Shown: positions 60,701 through 64,000 of the stretch, piece by piece
How positions within the stretch are numbered: position 1 is the stretch's first letter
How the letters are laid out: every line of letters begins with the position of its first letter
NCBI RefSeq assembly: GCF_964355755.1
Contig: NC_092670.1
Span: 6,810,201 to 6,874,200, forward strand
Source: Antedon mediterranea
Taxonomy: Eukaryota; Animalia; Echinodermata
Direction: 5' to 3'
Length of the DNA stretch: 64,000 nt
Made by a program: the position numbers and the translations under genes
Notes under the pieces: generated by a model
Database searches by the model: none
What the model saw: the letters and a program-made list of their open reading frames with translations, nothing else
What the model was told of the DNA's origin: nothing

Positions 60701-62603
60701 AAGCAATAAACACATATCATCATTTTTTTAAATAAATGATATACATATATCTGATTCTCAAATTATTGCTGATAACTTTAATAAATACTTTGTCAACATT
60801 GGTCCCGAATGCCTACGTAAAATTCCTCAATCTGATATTACTTTTAATTATTTTATAAATAACATAAAATCACCCGTTAGCTCTCTGTTTTTTTTTACCA
60901 ACTGATAAAGATGAAGTACTCACAATATTCAGAAATCTGAAATCTGGTGCTAGCAGCGGTTTCGATGACATTAAACCAGATATTATTAATCTGTTGGGGA
61001 ATTAATAGCATCTCCACTTGTTCATATTTTTAATTTATCACTAGCTACCGGTTTTGTCCCGGAGAAGCTGAAAATTGCCAAGATAATTCCCGTCTTCAAA
61101 CATGGTGAGACTGATAAATTTAGCAATTATAGGCCCATCTCGGTACTGCCCGTTTTCTCCAAAGTTTTAGAACGCATAATTCATAAGAGACTCTAATTAT
61201 TTTTCTCGATTTAATTTATTGCAAGAGAACCAAATTGGTTTCCGCCCAAACATGTCTACTGAAATGGCTGTTCTACAAGCATATGATAAAATAATCTGTG
61301 AATTACATATGAAAAAGCATGTTCTTGGGATATTTCTGGACCTTTCAAAGCCCTTTGACACCGTTAATCACGACATTCTCCTGTCTAAACTACAGCATTA
61401 TGGTATACGTGGTCTTGCCTTTTATTGGTTCAGAAGTTGCCTGACGGATAGAAAGCAATATATTTCTTTTAATTATCATATCCACAGGGCTCAATTTTAG
61501 GCCCGCTACTCTTTATTATTTACATTAATGATTTAACAAACATCTGTAAACATTCCAATCTTATTTTATATGCAGACACTAACCTTTTAATTTCAGATAA
61601 TGTTTTAAACCGTCTAGTTGATAATGTTAATTCCGATCTCTCGACTATCTCGAGTTGGTTTAAAGCAAATAAGTTATCGCTTAATGCTAATAAAACTAAT
61701 TATATGATTTTTAAGAACAGATATAGTAACCGTGTTTACAATGACCTTAACATTTTCATTGATAATAATAACATCTCTCGTGTAACTAGTTGTAAATTTC
61801 TTGGTGTAATAATGGACGAATGCTTAACCTGGAATCAACATACAATCCATATTGCAAACTTAGTTTCAAAATATTATGGTATTCTTTTTAGGCTAAAACC
61901 AATTTTACATGTCAATGTTCTATCATCCTTATACAAGACTCTAGTCCTTTCTCATATTCAATATTGCAGCTTGATTTGGGCTGACCACAATAACTGTCGC
62001 CTTGAAACTGTTTATCGCAAACAAAAGCGCATAATGCGTTTATGCACAAATTCTCAATTCCTTGAGCATTCACCACCATTATTTGCTAGTCTTAACAACT
62101 TAACTTAACTTCATAAGGTGTTTTCATGTACACATTTAAGAATAATTTATTTTCAGCTAACTTTTCTAATTATTTTGTTAGAGTGAACTCAGTTCATAAT
62201 TATGGCATCAGGTCATTTGATACTTATCGTCCTTATAATTTTGTTACCGATATGGGCAGAAACACTATCAGAGGACATGGTCCAATTTTATGGAACAGTA
62301 TTGATGCTTCTATTCGTAATTCATCATCTGTCGAAGTATTTAAAAAGTTGTATAAAAATAATTTGCTCTTAACTTATCAATGAGTGTTACAAATATGTTT
62401 ACATTTACATCTTTGAGTTCATATGCCAACATGTTTAGCTAGTATTGTCTCGTCCTGTGCTTCAATTATGTTTGTATCATGTATTAATTATTTTGTTAAG
62501 GTGGCCAAATACTGTACGAGCTTTGCTCTTTTTTGGTCATCCTTCCATTTTTGCTTATATTCATTACACTTGTTTATATTGGAAAATAAAAACTGAAACT
62601 GAA
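57790..62603 (+). mobile_element. Near full-length decayed L2/Crack-like LINE (ORF1 57962-58666; broken ORF2 59182-62383)
   Basis: ORF1 coiled coil + HRL...KPIIAKF; ORF2 N-terminal Cys-rich finger, APE (LSETW, GDF, CDH) and RT remnants; AATAAA + (ACTGAA) tail; 5' limit approximate. Confidence 0.85.
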
Positions 62604-62639
62604 TAATATATTCACCAATGAGAATTTAAATAAACGTGA

Positions 62640-63255
62640 GATGAGGATGAGGAGATCTGTAAAAATGAGAAAAAAGTTGCCACAACCGAGATTCTGAACC
62701 TTCTGCGTGATATGCAGATGTCCTAACCATTATACCATTATCCTGTCATGGTATTGTTCAAACTCTTTAACACTCTCGGCGGGGTATGGCGGAAATGAAT
62801 AGTCCATCAAATATACGCACGCGCACCAGAGATCAAATAAATACGCCCTCATCTTTTCAGTATTTTTATTCACGAATCGGGATCTCTAAACAGAGGAGTG
62901 ACTGAGAGATTGGAATGTTCCATCCATGGAAGACAGTATATACCACGCTCGGAAAAACACCCTATTTGGTTGGGGCAAATCGTTGAACCTAAATTAGTTT
63001 TATTTGTCAATAACTACTTATTCAACGCGATTTAATTAGTAAACAGGGTTACAACAGGTGGTTAAAATCAGTACCGAAAATACAAACCAACTTTTTATAC
63101 CATCGAGTAAAAATTCTAAAAGTAACGCGTGATTTACCGACTTTTGCCAGACAGAACAGAATTCTAAACCGCCCAGTGAAATTTAATTAATTAATTTGAA
63201 ACGGTAAAGATGAGAAAATCTTTTAGAATGAGAAAAAGTCGCCCCAACTGAGATG
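62640..63255 (-). mobile_element. Older copy of tRNA-containing family B: partial 3' unit directly upstream of a longer unit
   Basis: 63150-63255 matches the reverse complement of ~6888-7000; 62645-62887 matches the reverse complement of ~7040-7295. Confidence 0.7.
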
Positions 63256-63489
63256 TCTTAGTCACACTCACACACACAAAGCCTCATGCACTTGGAACAA
63301 GCCTCTACAATATATTCGAGCGCTCTCAAACTCTCAATCATTCCTTAAAACAATATTGACATTTCTAACAGAGTATATTATTAGGATGAAAAGTCGTTCC
63401 AACCAAGTTTAATGCTGTCAAGAGAAATTTTATTAGTTTTTATTTCCTATGTTCAGTATCATAAAAATATTGTGATTTATTTTCTGTAG

Positions 63490-63765
63490 ATAATGTATTG
63501 ACTATTGACTGCCCGACAAACGTCACTTCAAACAATTATATCGGAGAAGAATTTGGTTTAATACAAATTACCACAGATGAAGGGAGTCAAACTGCCACAG
63601 TCACGTGGGATCCTCCTGTGACAAGTGACGATGGAACAGTGACTGTAGTGTCATCACCGTATGAGTCAGGTGACATGATACCAATCGGTACTCACGCAAT
63701 CACCTTTACAGCAATTGGTTCTGCTGGCAACAATGAAACTTGTGACTTTTATATCAAGGTTGAAG
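63490..63765 (+). CDS. Gene 2 HYR exon, type C (gene continues past the window)
   Basis: IDCPTNV...VTWDPP...IPIGTH.ITFTA...GN..TC; ctgtag/gtaaa. Confidence 0.85.
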
Positions 63766-64000
63766 GTAAAAATCTGAAAAAAAGTTTTTCATGAATTTTA
63801 TATTGTATCCTTACGGGAAAAAAACACCGATATGAATAATCTTGGAAACTAAAAACTATATACAGTTTAATATATCAAACCATATTTTCAATTATATAAT
63901 GTATGTGGATAATCAAAGTCAGCAAATTATCCAATTAGATAATTTTTTTTTTAATGAAGAACGCATGATCAATCATGACCGTAACACCAAGTGCTCAATT

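Overview
AT-rich, intron-rich eukaryotic DNA, most likely from an invertebrate deuterostome such as an echinoderm (inferred from the HYR/hyalin-repeat expansion and the transposon mix). The + strand carries two tandem paralogous genes built from phase-1 HYR exons. Gene 1 (427-34460, 13 exons, 3018 nt CDS, ~1005 aa by manual splicing) encodes signal peptide + 10 HYR domains + one TM helix + a Tyr-motif cytoplasmic tail. Gene 2 (37734 or 38455 to beyond the window end) has a duplicated promoter/signal exon and encodes HYR x4, a six-bladed YWTD propeller with no visible EGF module, then more HYR. Introns are packed with mobile DNA: an apparently intact CR1-type LINE, a decayed BEL/Pao LTR element, several decayed L2/Crack- and Rex1/Babar-like LINEs, nested foldback/Mutator-like MITEs, Helentron-type (DINE/HINE) elements and five Penelope-like insertions carrying seven hammerhead-ribozyme motifs. 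The most unusual item is a (TA)n hotspot at 5.0-7.7 kb, where two non-coding repeat families with an internal tRNA cloverleaf show Penelope-style tandem copies and a twin-priming-type inversion. These are candidate non-autonomous partners of Penelope-like elements. All calls were made by eye; no database searches were run.
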